Part shown: piece by piece, positions 11,122 to 21,350 of the stretch
Layout of the letters: each line of letters begins with the position of its first letter
Numbering within the stretch: position 1 is the stretch's first letter
Source: an uncultured Phycisphaerales bacterium
GTDB taxonomy: Bacteria > Planctomycetota > Phycisphaerae > Tepidisphaerales > Tepidisphaeraceae
DNA length: 64,000 nt
Reading direction: 5' to 3'
Assembly (NCBI GenBank): GCA_963844715.1
Contig: CAWJPJ010000006.1
Coordinates: 1,192,907 to 1,256,906, forward strand
Made by a program: the position numbers and the translations under genes
The notes under the pieces: generated by a model
What the model was told of the DNA's origin: nothing
The model's database searches: none
The model's input: the letters and a program-made list of their open reading frames with translations, nothing else

Positions 11122-11583
11122 ATGCTTCGCTCAATCGCACCCCCGCTGGTCTGCCTCGCCTGGGCCCTTTGGCTCGGCGGCCTGGGCGCCACCTTCCTCT
11201 TCGTAACCCGCCTGTTCATCTATGACTACGCCTTGGGCGTCCAGGCGGTCCCCGTCCTGTTCCACGCCTTCGAGAAATATCAGCTTATCCTCGCCGCCCT
11301 GGCCCTGATTGCCGCCGCCCTGCTGCGCATCGCCCGCCGCTCCCGCTCGACAACCCTCCTCTTCTGGATGTTCGGCGTATCCGCCTTCCTCGCCGCCGCC
11401 CAACCCATCGCCCTCACTCCCCCAATGGAAGCCCTCCGCCACGCCGGCGAAACCCACACCCCCGCCTTCCAGCGCCTCCACACCGAAGCCTCCACGCTCT
11501 ATTTCACAGAAACCCTCATCCTTCTCGCGGCAGGATGCGTAATCCCCGCCGCGATTCGGCCGCCCTCAAAATTAAAAACTTAA
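11122..11583 (+). CDS. DUF4149/TMEM205-like membrane protein
   Basis: Four TM segments; ALWLGG, LTPPMEALR, AFQRLH. Confidence 0.7.
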   Translation: MLRSIAPPLVCLAWALWLGGLGATFLFVTRLFIYDYALGVQAVPVLFHAFEKYQLILAALALIAAALLRIARRSRSTTLLFWMFGVSAFLAAAQPIALTPPMEALRHAGETHTPAFQRLHTEASTLYFTETLILLAAGCVIPAAIRPPSKLKT

Positions 11584-11586
11584 ATT

Positions 11587-11675
11587 GAACCGCAGAGACC
11601 GCAGAGATTAAGTTCAGAATTGATTTCGCAATTTTCTGCGCATTATCCGTGTTATCCGCGAAATCCGCGGTTAAA
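11587..11675. repeat. Imperfect palindrome (AACCGCAGAG.../...ATCCGCGGTT) between convergent genes
   Basis: AACCGCAGAGACCGCAGAGA ... TTCTGCG...ATCCGTGTTATCCGCGAAATCCGCGGTT. Confidence 0.6.
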
Positions 11676-11687
11676 TTTCTTTAAGGA

Positions 11688-13289
11688 TTAGGTCGAAAGC
11701 ACTTCCGGATTTTCCCCAGCCAGCGCCGCCGCAGCCGCAGCCGCAGCAGCCTCCGCCGCCTCGGCCAATTCTCCCGCCTGGCGATGCATCTTCAGCAAAA
11801 CGTGCATGCTGTTGAACCCCACATAGAAATACCCGCCCGCGAAGATGCACAAAAATGGCACGCTCGAAATGCAGAAACTGTAATACACGCTGATAAAAAT
11901 CCAGCACGACATGTAACACCCGAACGCCACTTCGATGATCGGCAGCGCCATCCGGCGCAGCGTCAGGAATCCCGCGCTCCGCCACATCTCGTTCACGCGC
12001 CCCGCCGCGCCATACTTCGGCGTCCGCACAAACTCGCTCGGCTTGCGCCGGATCGCGCCCCAGACCGCTTCCAAAACCGCCTTGCAATTGTTCAGGCTCA
12101 TCCCCACGCCCAGGGCCATCAGCATCGGCATGTATAAAATCGCCTTGACTACGCCCTCCGCGCCCAACAGCTCCCGCTGGCTGTACACGAAAAACGTGCT
12201 CGCCGAGCAGGTCGCCAGCACAAACAGCGAAATCGCAAACAGCGACTGCGCCCAGTGAATATGTTCCTTCAGCGGGCTGTAAAAGCTCAAAAACGCCGGA
12301 TACATCAGCAGCGTCAGCGCCACCATCAGCACATAAACGATCGTGTTCGTGAGGTGGAAAAACGCCTCGGTCTTGATCCGCCCGGACAGATGTTTCGAGC
12401 GCAGCACCTTCGGCAGCAGCTTGATCGCCGTCTGGCACGACCCCTTTGTCCAACGATGCGCCTGCTGCTTGAACCCGATCATCTCCGGCGGCAATTCAGC
12501 CGGGGCGCAAAACTGCGGCAAATAGACGAACTGCCATCCCCTCATCTGGGCCCGATAGCTCAAATCCAAATCTTCCGTCAGCGTGTCGTGTTCCCAACCC
12601 CCGGCGTCGTTGATCGTCTTCCTGCGCCAAACTCCGGCGGTCCCGTTGAAGTGCATGAACCGCCCGCTGCGGTTCCGCGCCGTGTGTTCGATCACGAAGT
12701 GCCCGTCCAGAAAGATCGCCTGGCAATTCGTCAGCAGCGAAGCATCCCGGTTCAGGTGGTCCCAGCGAACCTGAACCATTCCGACCTTCTCGTCCGTGAA
12801 ATAATCCAGCACGTTGTAAAGAATGTCCCGCGGCGGAACGAAATCCGCGTCGAAGATCGCGATGAATTCCCCCGTCGCCTGCGGGAGTCCGTCGGCCAGG
12901 GCGCCGGCCTTGTATCCCACTCGATTGGTGCGATGAACGTACTTGACGGGGAACCCCTTGGCCGCCCATTTCTCGCACGCGAGCCGCGCGATATCCGCCG
13001 AGTGATCCGTACTGTCGTCCAGAACCTGGATCTCCAGCTTCTCCAGCGGATAGTCGATCCGGCAACTCGCCTCGATGATCCGCTCCGCGACAACATCTTC
13101 GTTGTACATCGGGAGCTGCACCGTCACCTTGGGAAGCTCGACAAATTGCCCCTTGGGCTTGTAACCCTTGTGCCGGTGTTTGACGTAGAGATAGAGCAGC
13201 ACGTACCGGTGGAACCCGTACAGTGCCACCAGGGTAAGAACGCAGATATAAACGTAAACGGTAAGGTTATCGGATAACCGGTCCAGCAT
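11688..13289 (-). CDS. Processive GT2 glycosyltransferase (cellulose-synthase-like)
   Basis: QLPMYNE, DDS, GYKAGAL, FDADF, TEDLDL, QQAHRW (QxxRW); C-terminal TM segments and FVRTPK. Confidence 0.9.
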   Translation of the reverse strand: MLDRLSDNLTVYVYICVLTLVALYGFHRYVLLYLYVKHRHKGYKPKGQFVELPKVTVQLPMYNEDVVAERIIEASCRIDYPLEKLEIQVLDDSTDHSADIARLACEKWAAKGFPVKYVHRTNRVGYKAGALADGLPQATGEFIAIFDADFVPPRDILYNVLDYFTDEKVGMVQVRWDHLNRDASLLTNCQAIFLDGHFVIEHTARNRSGRFMHFNGTAGVWRRKTINDAGGWEHDTLTEDLDLSYRAQMRGWQFVYLPQFCAPAELPPEMIGFKQQAHRWTKGSCQTAIKLLPKVLRSKHLSGRIKTEAFFHLTNTIVYVLMVALTLLMYPAFLSFYSPLKEHIHWAQSLFAISLFVLATCSASTFFVYSQRELLGAEGVVKAILYMPMLMALGVGMSLNNCKAVLEAVWGAIRRKPSEFVRTPKYGAAGRVNEMWRSAGFLTLRRMALPIIEVAFGCYMSCWIFISVYYSFCISSVPFLCIFAGGYFYVGFNSMHVLLKMHRQAGELAEAAEAAAAAAAAALAGENPEVLST

Positions 13290-13553
13290 GTTTTACGCTC
13301 TTAACGCTGTGGCGACGGATTCCTTTCCGCCCGTGAAACTTTCGACCAACCCACAAATCTGATTTCGTCGCCGTTTCACTCTTCGATTCTAAAGCGAAAG
13401 AGTCGAAGTACGTTGCCCGGTTGATTCCCATCGACCCAACTCCCCCCTCTCGGGGATCAAAGGTCAATCGCGATTCTAAGCCATTGCAACGAAAAGTGTC
13501 AACAACTGTCTGTCCGGCAAACAATTATGCCTCTAAAGCATCCTAAAACCCAT

Positions 13554-13589
13554 AAAGAAAAAACCGCGCTGCTTCACAACGCGGTTTTC
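13554..13589 (-). terminator. Rho-independent terminator of the alpha operon
   Basis: Minus strand AAAACCGCG-TTGTGAAGCAG-CGCGGTTTTTTCTTT, downstream of rplQ. Confidence 0.65.
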
Positions 13590-13680
13590 ATCTTCGATTC
13601 CCGTAAATTTCGTCGTCAATGTAATTTCGCTCACTCGAACGCCGCCGGCGCTGCCGTGCGGGCGTTCGCGCGTCGCAGAA

Positions 13681-14256
13681 TCAGCTCCCCGAACCCTCCG
13701 TCGCCTTCTCCGAACTCTCCGCGCCTTCCTTCTTCGCCTCTCCCTCGACAGATTCCCCTTTCGCCTTCTTCAAAACCCGCGTCGCAAACTGATGCTTTCG
13801 TTCGTTGCGCTTGCGGCGCAATCCCGCGCTGCGGCGGATCGTCCCTCGCGGCGCCGCCTTTTCCGTCAGAAGCTGCAGAAGCACGAGGCTCCCGCCGTCT
13901 CCGATCCGGAAATCGCTCAGCTTGATGATTCGCGTGTAGCCCCCCTGCCGATCGGCGAACTGCGGCGCGATATCCGCGAAGAGTTTCTGCACGACTGTCT
14001 GCCCGGTGAATTCCTGGTCTTCATCCGTCAGGCGCCGGTCGCGTAAAATCGCCGTCGCGCGCCGCCGCGCGTTGACGTTGTTCTGCCGGGCCAGGGTGAT
14101 GAGCTTTTCCGCCATCGCCTTGACTTCCAGCGCCTTCGGCCGGGTCGTGCGAACCTGCCCATGCTCGAACAAACTCTGCACCAGATTGCGCCGCATCGCC
14201 AGCCGATGCTCGCTATCCCGGCTCAACTGCCTGCCAAATATCCGATGACTACTCAT
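13681..14256 (-). CDS. rplQ: 50S ribosomal protein L17 with C-terminal extension
   Basis: HRIFGRQLSR, TTRPKA, EKLITLAR, RQGGYTRIIK, RIGDG. Confidence 0.97.
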   Translation of the reverse strand: MSSHRIFGRQLSRDSEHRLAMRRNLVQSLFEHGQVRTTRPKALEVKAMAEKLITLARQNNVNARRRATAILRDRRLTDEDQEFTGQTVVQKLFADIAPQFADRQGGYTRIIKLSDFRIGDGGSLVLLQLLTEKAAPRGTIRRSAGLRRKRNERKHQFATRVLKKAKGESVEGEAKKEGAESSEKATEGSGS

Positions 14257-14374
14257 GACTCATCTCCATCCCACAAACGCCGAAGCGCCTCCCGCCGCCA
14301 AAGCCGACGGATCGCTTGCCCTGAGCTTGTTGAAGGGCCATCCGTCGGGCCCCAACCAAGAGCGGAAGGACCCA

Positions 14375-15504
14375 TTAACTAATGGTCCCGCCCCCCGTCG
14401 TCCCGCTCTCCTGCGGCTCCGGCGTCGGTTCCGGCTCCATAGCTTCGGGCTCCGCAGCCCCAAGGTCCGTAGCCGCCGCCAATCCCGCCGCCGCGCCGGC
14501 CGCGGCATCCAGATCCATCCCAAGGCTCAAGCCCAGATCGGCCAGCTTGCGCTTCACTTCGCGCAGGCTCGTCTTTCCAAAGCTTCGAACCTTCAGCAGA
14601 TCGGAGTCGGTCTTCTTGACCAGTTCGCGAACGGTGCCGATTTTCGCCGATTCCAGGCAGTTGTTGGCCCGAACCGACAGATCCAGCTCCTGGATCGTCA
14701 TGTTCAATTTCTGCTGTAAATCCGGGTCGATCATCGCCTTGGAAGCGTCGCGCAGGGCCGCGATGGCATCGTCGTTGGCCGTTTCGCTGCCCAGCTCGAA
14801 ATATTGCACGAACGGATTGAGGTGCTTGCGCAGAATCTTGCTGGCTTCGACCAGCGCCATCTCCGGCGAAAGCGTCCCGTTCGTCCAGATTTCCAGGATC
14901 AGCCGGTCGTAGTCCGTCTTTTGGCCCACGCGCGCGTCTTCGGTGCTGTACCGCACGCGCGTCACCGGCGAATAAATGCTATCCACCGCGATCAGCCCGA
15001 TCTCCTGCTCCTCGGTGTCTTCAATATTGTCCGCCGCCGTCACATATCCGCGGCCTTTGGACACCGTCAGAGTCATGTCGAACTCGAGGTTCTCGGTCAG
15101 CGTCGCGATCACCAGGTCCTTGTTCACGATCGTGATCGACGGATCCGCCTGGATCATGCCCGCCGTGATCGGCCCCGCCTTGTTCGCCGTCAGCTTCATC
15201 TCTTTGTTGTCGTCGCTGTCCAGCTTCACGATCAGGCTCTTGACGTTCAGGATGATGTCCGTGACATCCTCCATCACGCCCGGCAGGCTCGAGAATTCGT
15301 GCTCCGCCCCTTTGAGGCGAATGTGCGTCACCGCCGCCCCTTCGAGCGACGAGAGCAAAATACGCCGCAGCGAGTTCCCCACGGTGGTTCCGAACCCGCG
15401 TTCAAACGGCTCGGCGATAAACCGCGCATAAGTCTCTGTCGAAACCTGTTCATCGCGCACGCCACGCGCGACGGCAATTCCAATCCACGCCATCGAATTC
15501 TCAT
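14375..15504 (-). CDS. rpoA: RNA polymerase alpha subunit (frameshift ~15460)
   Basis: Start MRIRWRGLELPSRV at 15504; EPFERGFGTTVGNSLRRILLSSL, LDLSVRANNCL, FGKTSLREV. Confidence 0.97.
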
Positions 15505-15617
15505 AACATTCTCCGATCAAAGGTCTCGTCCGGATCGCGAAAGTTTGCCGCCCCAACCATTAGGGGCCATCTATCTCCCGCCTCGCCGAAACGAGCCACT
15601 GGTTTAAATTCATTTGC

Positions 15618-15720
15618 AACCGCCAAGACGCCAAAACGCCAAGAAATACAAAAACCAATTATCTTTTATCCCTTTATTCCGACTCTTCTTATCTTGGCGT
15701 CTTGGCGTCTTGGCGGTTTA
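15618..15720. repeat. Palindrome of 8-mer units (CGCCAAGA/TCTTGGCG) between rpsK and rpoA
   Basis: AACCGCCAAGACGCCAAAACGCCAAGA ... TCTTGGCGTCTTGGCGTCTTGGCGGTT. Confidence 0.9.
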
Positions 15721-15729
15721 AATTTCTTA

Positions 15730-16155
15730 TTACACGCGCCGCTTCTTCGGCGGCCGACATCCGTTATGCGGCAGCGGCGTCACATCCTCGATCCCCGTCA
15801 CGCGCAAGCCCGCGTTCTGAAGATTCAAGATCGCCTGCTCCCGTCCCGCTCCCGGCCCTTTCACCTTGACTTCAATTTCAATCATCCCGGCCTTGCGCGC
15901 CTGCTGCGCCGCGGCTTCCGCCGCGCGACCCGCCGCGAAAGGCGTGCTCTTCCTGGCCCCCTTGAATCCGGCAGTCCCTGCCGACGCCCAGGCGATCGTC
16001 TCCCCCGCCGGATCGGTGATCGTCACCATCGTGTTATTGAAGGTCGCCTGAATATGCGCCACCCCGCGCGTAACGCCCTTGCGAATCTTCTTCTTCGCCG
16101 CCGGTTTCCCAGCCGGTGCCGCCCCACTCGCCGTCTTACCTGTTTGTTCCGCCAT
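15730..16155 (-). CDS. rpsK: 30S ribosomal protein S11
   Basis: [40 protein letters not shown]. Confidence 0.98.
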   Translation of the reverse strand: MAEQTGKTASGAAPAGKPAAKKKIRKGVTRGVAHIQATFNNTMVTITDPAGETIAWASAGTAGFKGARKSTPFAAGRAAEAAAQQARKAGMIEIEVKVKGPGAGREQAILNLQNAGLRVTGIEDVTPLPHNGCRPPKKRRV

Positions 16156-16210
16156 CGAAAAACTCCTTCAAACGTTCGATGAACTCACTTCATCGTTCAT
16201 CATTCATCGT

Positions 16211-16597
16211 TTACTTACTCAGTTCCTTCACGCCCTTCTTACCGGCTACCGTCTTCCTCGGCCCTTTGCGAGTCCGGGCGTTCGACCTTGTCCTTTGTCC
16301 GCGCACAGGCAAAGACCTTCGATGCCGATTCCCGCGATAAGACCCGATATCGCGCAGCCGCGCCACGTTCTGCGTAACGGCGCGCCGCAGCGCCCCTTCC
16401 ACAAGAAAATCCCGATCGATGATGGCGATGATCTTCGCCAATTCCTCTTCGCTCAGTTCCTTCGTGCGCCGCTGCGGATCGATCCCGACCTCTTTCAAAA
16501 TCGCGCGGCTGTTGGTCCGCCCGATTCCATATAAATAGGTCAGGCTGATCCAGATCACTTTGTCCGGCGGAATGTCAACGCCCGATATACGCGGCAT
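16211..16597 (-). CDS. rpsM: 30S ribosomal protein S13
   Basis: [37 protein letters not shown]. Confidence 0.98.
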   Translation of the reverse strand: MPRISGVDIPPDKVIWISLTYLYGIGRTNSRAILKEVGIDPQRRTKELSEEELAKIIAIIDRDFLVEGALRRAVTQNVARLRDIGSYRGNRHRRSLPVRGQRTRSNARTRKGPRKTVAGKKGVKELSK

Positions 16598-16652
16598 GTG
16601 GCTCCTCTAAAACTTTGCTATAGCTTGGGGCTGGAACAAACAGTTACAACGC

Positions 16653-16766
16653 TCAGCCTTGCTTCTGTTTGTGTTTTGTATTCGTGCAAATCACCCGGAC
16701 GACGCCTTTGCGACGCACAATCTTGCAGTTCTCACAAATCCGACGAACGCTGGCGCGAACTTTCAT
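16653..16766 (-). CDS. rpmJ: 50S ribosomal protein L36 (37 aa, below ORF-track cutoff)
   Basis: Manual translation [37 protein letters not shown]. Confidence 0.97.
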   Translation of the reverse strand: MKVRASVRRICENCKIVRRKGVVRVICTNTKHKQKQG

Positions 16767-16814
16767 AGCCGTATCACCTTCCACAATCCGGGTTTACAAA
16801 CCGAAGAATCCAGA

Positions 16815-16843
16815 ATAATAGCATATCCAAGCGCGAGACTCAA
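16815..16843 (-). promoter_or_regulatory. Putative sigma70 promoter of the rpmJ-rpsM-rpsK-rpoA-rplQ operon
   Basis: Minus strand TTGAGT-N17-TATTAT with extended -10 TGn. Confidence 0.6.
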
Positions 16844-16845
16844 GT

Positions 16846-16874
16846 TTGACCAGACTTATTTTGGTGGCTATCTT
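16846..16874 (+). promoter_or_regulatory. Putative sigma70 promoter of the TA module (leaderless geometry)
   Basis: TTGACC-N17-TATCTT; GTG start follows after a 7-nt gap. Confidence 0.55.
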
Positions 16875-16881
16875 ATTCTAG

Positions 16882-17148
16882 GTGCGCTATCGATGGAACG
16901 ATTGGAACAAAGAGCACATCGCCGAACACGGAATGACGGCACCCGATGCGGAATATGTTGTTGATCACGCACGCGCCCCTTATCCCAAAACCATTGGCGA
17001 TGGCAAGCGGTTGGTCATCGGACAGACCTCCAATGGGCGATACGCCCAAGTCATTTACGTATTCGATGATGATGGCACCGCATTCGTTATCCATTGCCGC
17101 CCTCTAACCGACGTGGAGAAGCGACGTTACCGTCGCAAACGCAAATGA
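16882..17148 (+). CDS. BrnT-like toxin
   Basis: YRWNDWNKEHIAEHG...VIGQTSNGRYAQVIY...FVIHCRPLTDVEKRRY. Confidence 0.8.
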   Translation: MRYRWNDWNKEHIAEHGMTAPDAEYVVDHARAPYPKTIGDGKRLVIGQTSNGRYAQVIYVFDDDGTAFVIHCRPLTDVEKRRYRRKRK

Positions 17149-17443
17149 GTCGCCATAAGAAATATTGGGAAATGACCAAAGCCGAACTCGCCGAATCCAC
17201 CAAGGAATTCGACCAGGAATTCGTCGCCGACAAAGCCCGCCCAATGACTGCCGCCGAGGCGCCGAAGAAAAGCGGGCTCGCCGGGGCCGGCCAAAAATCG
17301 GCAAAGGCTCGCGAAAGATTCATATCACCCTCGAGCGAGGCCTCCTCGCCGAGGCCGACAAATTCGCCCGTCAACAAGGCTTAGCTCGATCCGAACTGAT
17401 CGCTCAAGCCCTGGCAAGCATCGTCGCGAGAAAAGCCGGATAG
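17145..17443 (+). CDS. CopG/RHH antitoxin (frameshift ~17258)
   Basis: MSRHKKYWEMTKAELAESTKEFD then RGRPKIGKGSRKIHITLERGLLAEADKFARQQGLARSELIAQAL; ATGA overlap with the toxin. Confidence 0.75.
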
Positions 17444-17460
17444 GCGCGCCGCGCCCCAAA

Positions 17461-18247
17461 TCACCCCAGCAAATCCCCCATCGAATACCTCCCCGCCTTC
17501 TGCTTCACCAGCCATTTCGCGGCCCTCAGCGCCCCCAGCGCAAAGGTATCCCGCGTGGTCGCCACGTGCCCGATCTCCACTCTTTCCCCCAGGGCCGCGA
17601 AGTAAACCGTGTGTCTCCCCACTTCATCCCCCAGCCGCAGGGAGTGCATTCCGATCTGCCCGCGCTGGCGAGTCTCTTCCGCTCCATGCCTGCCATACAC
17701 CAGGGCCTTGCGCGATTTTCCGGTTGCCTTCAAAATCGCATCAGCGATCGCCGCCGCCGTCCCGCTCGGCGCATCTTTCTTGAATCGGTGGTGCCCCTCG
17801 ACGATTTCCACGTCGTAATCGTCCCCCAATCGTTCCGCCACTTCCGCCGCGACTTTCAGCAGTACATTCACCCCCAGGCTCGTATTCGGCGCCTGCAAAA
17901 CCGGAATTTTCGCCGACGCCACATCGATCGCCGCATGATCCTTCTCCTTCAATCCCGTCGTCCCGATGACCATGGGAATTCCCCGATCCCGGCAAGTCTT
18001 CAGCCAATGCCGGGTCGACGCCGGGAGTCGAAAAATCGATCAGCACATCCGGCCGCGGCCGCAAATCAAACGTGATCGGCAGCCCTATATTTCCAATCCC
18101 CGCCATCTCCCCCGCATCATGCGAAAGATGCGGCGTCTCCGGCTTATCGATCGCCGCCACCAACTTGAAATCCGCATCCGCCTTGGCCAGCGCAATCAAT
18201 CTCATCCCCATGCGCCCGCACGCCCCGGTGATCGCCAGTTTGATCAT
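17461..18247 (-). CDS. dapB: 4-hydroxy-tetrahydrodipicolinate reductase (frameshift ~18025)
   Basis: GACGRMG, IDFS, VIGTTG, EGHHRFKKDAPSGTA, FALGALRAA. Confidence 0.95.
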
Positions 18248-19686
18248 TTCAGCACCCCGCGGTTTTTCAATTTCGAAGGATCTTCTCCCATCGCCCGCAA
18301 AATCGCGCCCAGATCATCCTCCACCGGCACCGGCCGATTCGACAACTTCCCCGTCGGCTCCGACCGCGGCGCCAAATCCTGCACCGCCTTCATGTCCACA
18401 CCCGTGTGATATTTCACCGTCACGTTGGGATCTTTCAGTTCATGCCCAGTGAGTATGCACACCGCCGTCTCATCCGCGCAAATCGTCTGGTTGTCCAGAA
18501 GCTGATGCAATCCCGCCACGCTCGCCGCGCTCGCCGGTTCGCAGCCGAATCCCCACCGCGCCACCATCGCCCGATGCTCCAGAATAATCTCATCGCTCAC
18601 TTCCGCCGTCACCCCGTTCATCACCTCCAGCGCCCGCAGCGCCTTGGGCAAATTCACAGGCCGGCTGATCTCAATCGCGCTGGCAACCGTATGCGCATGA
18701 TAATTCGCCTCATCCATCGCGGCATAAAGTTTTTGCACCGCCGTCGCGTCGTACTTCCCCCCATTCCACCTCACGCCGCGCCGGCCATATAACTCATGCA
18801 GCGTATTCGCCCCCGTCGCATTGATGATCGCCAATCGCGGAATCTTCTTGATCAGCCCAAGCTGCTTCAATTCCGCGAACGCCTTCCCAAACGCCGAGCA
18901 ATTCCCCAAATTCCCACCCGGCACGATGATCCAATCCGGGCTCTGCCAATCCAAAGCCTCGAGCACCCGCAGCATGATGCTCTTCTGCCCCTCGAGCCGG
19001 AACGGATTCACGCTGTTCATCAGATAGATTCCCAGTTCCGGAATATCCATCGCGATCTGCCGAATCCGCCGCAGGCAATCGTCAAAATCCCCGTGGATTT
19101 GCAGCGTCATGGCCCCGTAATCCAAAGCCTGGCTCAGTTTCCCCAGCGCGATCTTCCCTGTCCCGATGAAAACGATCCCCTGCATTTGCGCCAGACTCGC
19201 GAACATCGCCAATGACGCGCTGGTATTCCCCGTCGAAGCGCACGCCACTTTCCGCGCCCCCACCATCTTCGCGTGCGTGAACGCGGCAGTCATCCCGTTG
19301 TCTTTAAAACTTCCGCTGGGATTCAAACCTTCGTATTGCAGAAGGAGTTTCCCCTCTTTCATCCCCAGATGTTTCCCGAGCAAATCCGCCTGCTGGAGAC
19401 ACGTCCGACCCTCCCCGATCGTCACGATCTGATCTTCTTCCCGATAAAACGGCAGCAGCTCGCGGAACCGCCAAACCCCCGAAAAATCCAGCCTTCCCTC
19501 GACCCCGCTCCCCTTGGTGCTCCACCGATGCTCGAAAAACGACAGCCCCTTGATCTTCGGCAGCTTCTCCCAGTCATACTGCACATCCAGCAAGCTCCCA
19601 CATTGCGGGCATGCAACCAGAACCTGCCCGACGTCAAACGTCGCCGCGCAAGCAGAATTGATGCACTGCTGAAATGCCGCACTCAT
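18244..19686 (-). CDS. thrC: Threonine synthase
   Basis: EGLNPSGSFKDNG (PLP lysine), CASTGNTSAS, PGGNLGN, CEPASAA, ILTGHELKD. Confidence 0.95.
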   Translation of the reverse strand: MSAAFQQCINSACAATFDVGQVLVACPQCGSLLDVQYDWEKLPKIKGLSFFEHRWSTKGSGVEGRLDFSGVWRFRELLPFYREEDQIVTIGEGRTCLQQADLLGKHLGMKEGKLLLQYEGLNPSGSFKDNGMTAAFTHAKMVGARKVACASTGNTSASLAMFASLAQMQGIVFIGTGKIALGKLSQALDYGAMTLQIHGDFDDCLRRIRQIAMDIPELGIYLMNSVNPFRLEGQKSIMLRVLEALDWQSPDWIIVPGGNLGNCSAFGKAFAELKQLGLIKKIPRLAIINATGANTLHELYGRRGVRWNGGKYDATAVQKLYAAMDEANYHAHTVASAIEISRPVNLPKALRALEVMNGVTAEVSDEIILEHRAMVARWGFGCEPASAASVAGLHQLLDNQTICADETAVCILTGHELKDPNVTVKYHTGVDMKAVQDLAPRSEPTGKLSNRPVPVEDDLGAILRAMGEDPSKLKNRGVLK

Positions 19687-19845
19687 GCAACAGATTATTG
19701 CAGAAAAAGGGCCAGTTGCCAGCTAACCCCGCGCACCCCCGCGCCTCCCGCGAAGCCGGTAGTGCTTGCACTACCGGACCTTGCCTTGCGCCCGTGATTT
19801 ATCCCCTAGCAACTCGCAACTTCTTCCCTACAATGCCCATCGCTT

Positions 19846-20861
19846 ATGCCCGATCCACGTCCCGCGCGTTCGCGCTCTCAGACGCCCCCCTCGGCCATGG
19901 ACCAGGTCGCCCACTGTGTCGCCGCCGAGATGATGCAGGTCGAACTCCTCTTCGACGAGGAACTCGGCAGCCAACTCTCCTGCGTCAACCAGCTGGTCCG
20001 TCATGTCAGCCGCTTCCGCGGAAAAATGCTCCGCCCGCTGCTGCTTTTATTGACCGGCAAAGCCTGCGGCTCCCTCGAAGCGCGACCACGTCGTCCTCGC
20101 CACCGTCGTCGAAATGGTCCACATGGCGACTCTCGTCCACGACGATGTCCTCGACGAAGCCGAACTCCGCCGCCGCGGCGCGACGATCAATCATCTCCGC
20201 GGAAACGAAGCCGCCGTCCTCCTCGGCGACTATCTCATCAGCCACTCTTTCCATCTCTGCTCCAGCCTCGACTCCCAATTCGCCTCCCGCATCATCGGCA
20301 AAACCACCAACGAAGTCTGCGAAGGCGAACTCCTCCAAATTCACAACCGCAACAATCTCGATCTGGAAGAAGAAACCTACATCCAGATCGTCACCCAAAA
20401 AACCGCCGCCCTGTGCGCCGCCTGCTGCCTCCTGGGCGCCTATTCCTCCGGCGCGGGAGAAAGCACCGTCGAATCGATGCGCCTCTACGGCCTCTCCCTG
20501 GGCACCGCCTTCCAAATCCAGGACGACATCCTCGACATCGTCGGCGACCAAACCACCGTAGGAAAAACCCTCGGCATCGACGTCCAAAAAGGCAAGCTCA
20601 CGCTCCCCATGATTCATTTCATGAACACCGCTCCGCGCGAGCACCGCACGCTGTTGCGTTCCCTGCTCCTCAGTAGAGAAGCCGACAAGGTCGAGCGCAT
20701 CCGCAACCTGATTCTCCCCAGCGATTCCGTCCAGTACGCCACCGCAAGAGCCCGCCGGCTAGTCGATCGCGCCGACCGCATGCCTAAAACCCCTCCCCGA
20801 CTCCCGCGCCAAGGAATTCCTGGCCCAACTAGCCGAGTTCGTAATCAGCCGCCCGCTTTAG
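19846..20861 (+). CDS. Polyprenyl diphosphate synthase (two frameshifts)
   Basis: GKMLRP, LVHDDVLDEAELRRR, FQIQDDILD, GKLTLP. Confidence 0.9.
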
Positions 20862-20973
20862 AGGTAAGCTTCGTCCTACCTTTTCCCACCCGCATCCCCA
20901 CCCGACGCGCCTCTTCCAACCATTCCACTTACTCCCCATAAAACAATTTCGCCAACGCCACAATTCCAAAATC

Positions 20974-21022
20974 AAAGGGGTCGGGAGTCGTTTACAGAAA
21001 ACGACTCCCGACCCCTTTTTTT
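20974..21022. repeat. Perfect 20-bp inverted repeat; REP-like and/or terminator between convergent genes
   Basis: AAAGGGGTCGGGAGTCGTTT ACAGA AAACGACTCCCGACCCCTTT followed by a T-run. Confidence 0.85.
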
Positions 21023-21061
21023 TCGCCCCTCGCGGCCGGGAACTGGGGCGCGGCTTGGCTA

Positions 21062-21265
21062 TCATTCCGACGACCCGCCTGCATCCCTCCGCGAGCTCGC
21101 TTCCCTCGATTTCTGAAGCTGCAGCACCAGCCAATGCGCCTCTTCCAGCCAGGCCAGCTTCTCCGCCAGCGGGAGCTTCGCCATCCGCTCCATTTGCTGC
21201 TGCCGATGGCCCTCCCATCCGACTTCCCAGACCTCTTCCGATTCGGGTTCGTTCGATGAATTCAT
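21062..21265 (-). CDS. Small hypothetical protein (67 aa)
   Basis: WEVGWEGHRQQQMERMAKLPLAEKLAWLEEAH. Confidence 0.55.
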   Translation of the reverse strand: MNSSNEPESEEVWEVGWEGHRQQQMERMAKLPLAEKLAWLEEAHWLVLQLQKSREASSRRDAGGSSE

Positions 21266-21350
21266 GGTGTGCCCCCCATTATACCCCACCCCTTGCGGCC
21301 CCCCACTGGACATCCGCTACAATATATATGGACGCAAACGAGGATCCTGA

